Source: the human T2T-CHM13v2.0 reference genome, Homo sapiens
Strand: one strand, 5' to 3'
Length of the DNA stretch: 64,000 nucleotides
Assembly: GCF_009914755.1 (NCBI RefSeq)
Contig: NC_060926.1
This document shows, in pieces, positions 57,717 through 64,000 of the stretch. A model generated the notes under the pieces. That model worked only from the letters and a program-made list of their open reading frames with translations. It did no database searches and was not told the DNA's origin. The first letter of the stretch is position 1. Each line of letters begins with the position of its first letter. The position numbers and the translations under genes were made by a program.

Positions 57717-58221
57717 CTGGAGGGAAAGCAGAGAGTATAGAGAGAGTGGTGACTACATTAGCACCCATGTGAGGCCAAGATGGTCTCAAAGCCCTTCCCA
57801 TATCCCTATGGGAGACATCTCCTGGCCAACCCAGTCTCTTGGCATGCTGCCGCCAGGATGGTGAAGCTTCCTGATGACCTACTGACATCAACACCAATAT
57901 AACTATAATGATGCTCCATTTCTGGGCTGTCAGACTGAAAATAGGATGAGAGGATAGGCACTGTCATTCCAAAAGACTTCATGAAGTCTGTGAAACTTCA
58001 AGGGGATAGAAGCAGAAAGCACACTTATCTGCCAGTCTTGGCCTACTATGGTGAGGGAGTGGGGAAAGGCTTTGGAGACAGCAGCCTAAAAAGAGATAAA
58101 AGGGAGCCCTAGTTTACATAGCAGGCAAAACACATAGAGTTCTAACAGTGAAAGTTAAGAATATTCTTGTCTTTAAGAAACTCAGAAAATAGGATAAGAG
58201 ATATTCATCAAGAGATAATGG

Positions 58222-58535
<314 letters not shown>

Positions 58536-60453
58536 TTAAAACTGAACTGTATGAAATCAATGGCACGTGCTACAGGTTATCACTGAAGGAGGTCACTGTC
58601 CCATCCTCTGCCTGTAGAATCTGACATCCAGTGGCACAAGTCACCTCTGCATCATTTCATGTTCCCTCTGGGATCATCTTCAAAAGCTTCTAACTGCGCC
58701 TCCTGCCCTTGTTCCACTGGCCTTAGTAGCTCATGATACCTCCATCTGCTAGCAAACCTCCAATAACTCTGACCCCATTCTCTGGGCAGGGTCACAAGGA
58801 GTCCTGCTTTTAAATTGGGAGATAAAAGTGGTAGCAGAAAGGGCCCGGAGAGGTAGAGCTCACAGGCTTGGCAGTGGTCAGGCCTCCAGGGGCTGTGTTT
58901 TCCTGGAGGTGCATTTATTGTGGGAGAAAAACTTTTACCCTTGAACCTTCTGCACTCAAAACCCCCACGGTCAATTTTTCCAGCTCCCTGGGCCAGGGTC
59001 AGGTGCTCCCAGCTCTCTGGAGGCCCTGATCTTTTGGCAGTGTGATGGCAGCATGACCACAACGACCTTGGTTTTGCTAAGACTAGTGCTGGCTCATCTA
59101 CAGGATTCAGATGTGTCCTTCACTCAGGGAGCAAGGAAACAGGTGGGTGCTTGTCTTGGTGGTAAGGCTGAATACTTTGAGGCTGTCAGAAGCAAGGTGC
59201 TCTGACACTTTTGAGCACCTTTTTGGGGAGAGAGGGGCAGTTCATGGGCAGGGCAGTGGGGGGACAGAAATAAGGTGATGCTGGGTTCCTTTTAAAAATG
59301 GCTTGAGATGTACTTGGGGGGAAAAAAGACTCCAGCTTAAAACAAATGGAGGGGAAGAGATGGAACAAGAACAGAGAGCTACACTATTATATTGTTATAC
59401 TACACTCTCTACTTGTATATTTTTTAAGATTTCCATAACAAAAATATGAAACAGTAAATAAGTTTAAACTGTCACCCACCTCACCGTTTAAATGAGGCAA
59501 AAACAGCATCAGAACTCTACCGTGGGGAACTGTGTGTGTCACAGAACCCTAGGCGATGCTTGTACTTTTCGGTAGAGACAGCCTGCAATGTCACTTAGTA
59601 TGTGAGCCTACAGAATCATATTCTCCGTCTCTTCAAAGCAAATACAAAAGAGGCGCTTTGGGTGTTTGTTTCTAGAAGAAAAGGGAAAATGTCTCATCAC
59701 CTCAGTCTCTTTCCTGCTGAAAACTCTATCCATGCCCACTAGGTGCCAGACAGAGAGCTAAGTTCACTCAAGGTTATGTACCGAAAGCCAGCTTCACAAA
59801 AATGTAGGGTTTGAATTCATCAGTGCTATTGAATTTAAATCTTAGTATCATGACCTGATGGCGCCCACGGTGCATAACTGTTGCCCATTTAACGTGGGGT
59901 AAATCAAACCCAACAAAGGCAACCGCTAAGGTGGCAAAAAACCATATGGTAGACAACAATGTTGTGTTTTCCATGAAGAATAATTATTGCACACTACAAG
60001 TGCTTGGGCCCAGGATGCAGTGAGAATTCAGAACGCAGAAGTAGAGGGCCAGTGAGGGGATGGTGAGAAGGCAAAATAGAGGGTGCTGGAGAAGGCTCCA
60101 CCCTGGATGAAAGTCCAAATTAAACTGTAATATATAAAACAGAAAAACAGCAGAACTAGTCTGGCTGAAGATATGGGGTGGAGGCTGTGGAGTAGCAAGC
60201 AAGTCCCTATCGTCACCTCCTCCTCAACACCTGTGGTGGCCCCAAATTACCTCAAAAGAGCTTGTGGGAGAAAGATGCTGGAACACTGACATGTGGGTGC
60301 CAGTTTTAAATTTTTGCCAAGTAATATGTTCAAAAAAAAAAAAGGACTACCCACCATCACAATTATTTTCTAAGACAATTTTAACACCAAAAAATAAAAG
60401 GACATGCTAAATGTGAGGTGAAATATATTTAAATGAAATATGCAGGATTTTCA

Positions 60454-64000
<3,547 letters not shown>

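Noticed and set aside
57436-57897. 153-aa minus-strand ORF overlapping the CCDC93 last exon
   Set aside because: It is in a different frame from the real exon, spans intron and UTR, and has no recognisable homology

Overview
Human genomic DNA (an L1HS-Ta insertion with human-specific ACA/G diagnostics is present), dominated by retroelements. Two genes are recognisable. On the + strand is exon 2 of the serotonin receptor 5B pseudogene HTR5BP (40361-40696, TM6-TM7, frame still open); everything upstream is probably its long intron. On the - strand is the terminal exon of CCDC93 (57663-57716, EGRKNEMLLSKVKAKAS*), with its 3'UTR and last intron. The rest is nested L1/Alu/LTR insertions, many with readable target-site duplications (TSDs). 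Most notable observations: (1) four neighbouring L1PA copies with different 3'UTR subfamily signatures share non-consensus substitutions and even frameshifts in a non-tree-like mosaic, suggesting local gene conversion; two of them form inverted repeats around HTR5BP exon 2. (2) An antisense L1 in the last CCDC93 intron has an ORF0-frame ORF whose splice donor is in phase with the CCDC93 terminal exon. (3) A young L1 is joined at its 5' end almost in register with the homologous position of its host L1. (4) Two twin-primed L1s and an Alu monomer inserted within about 45 bp of ancestral sequence. (5) A tailless 5S rRNA retrocopy. Subfamily names and consensus comparisons are from recall, not from a search.
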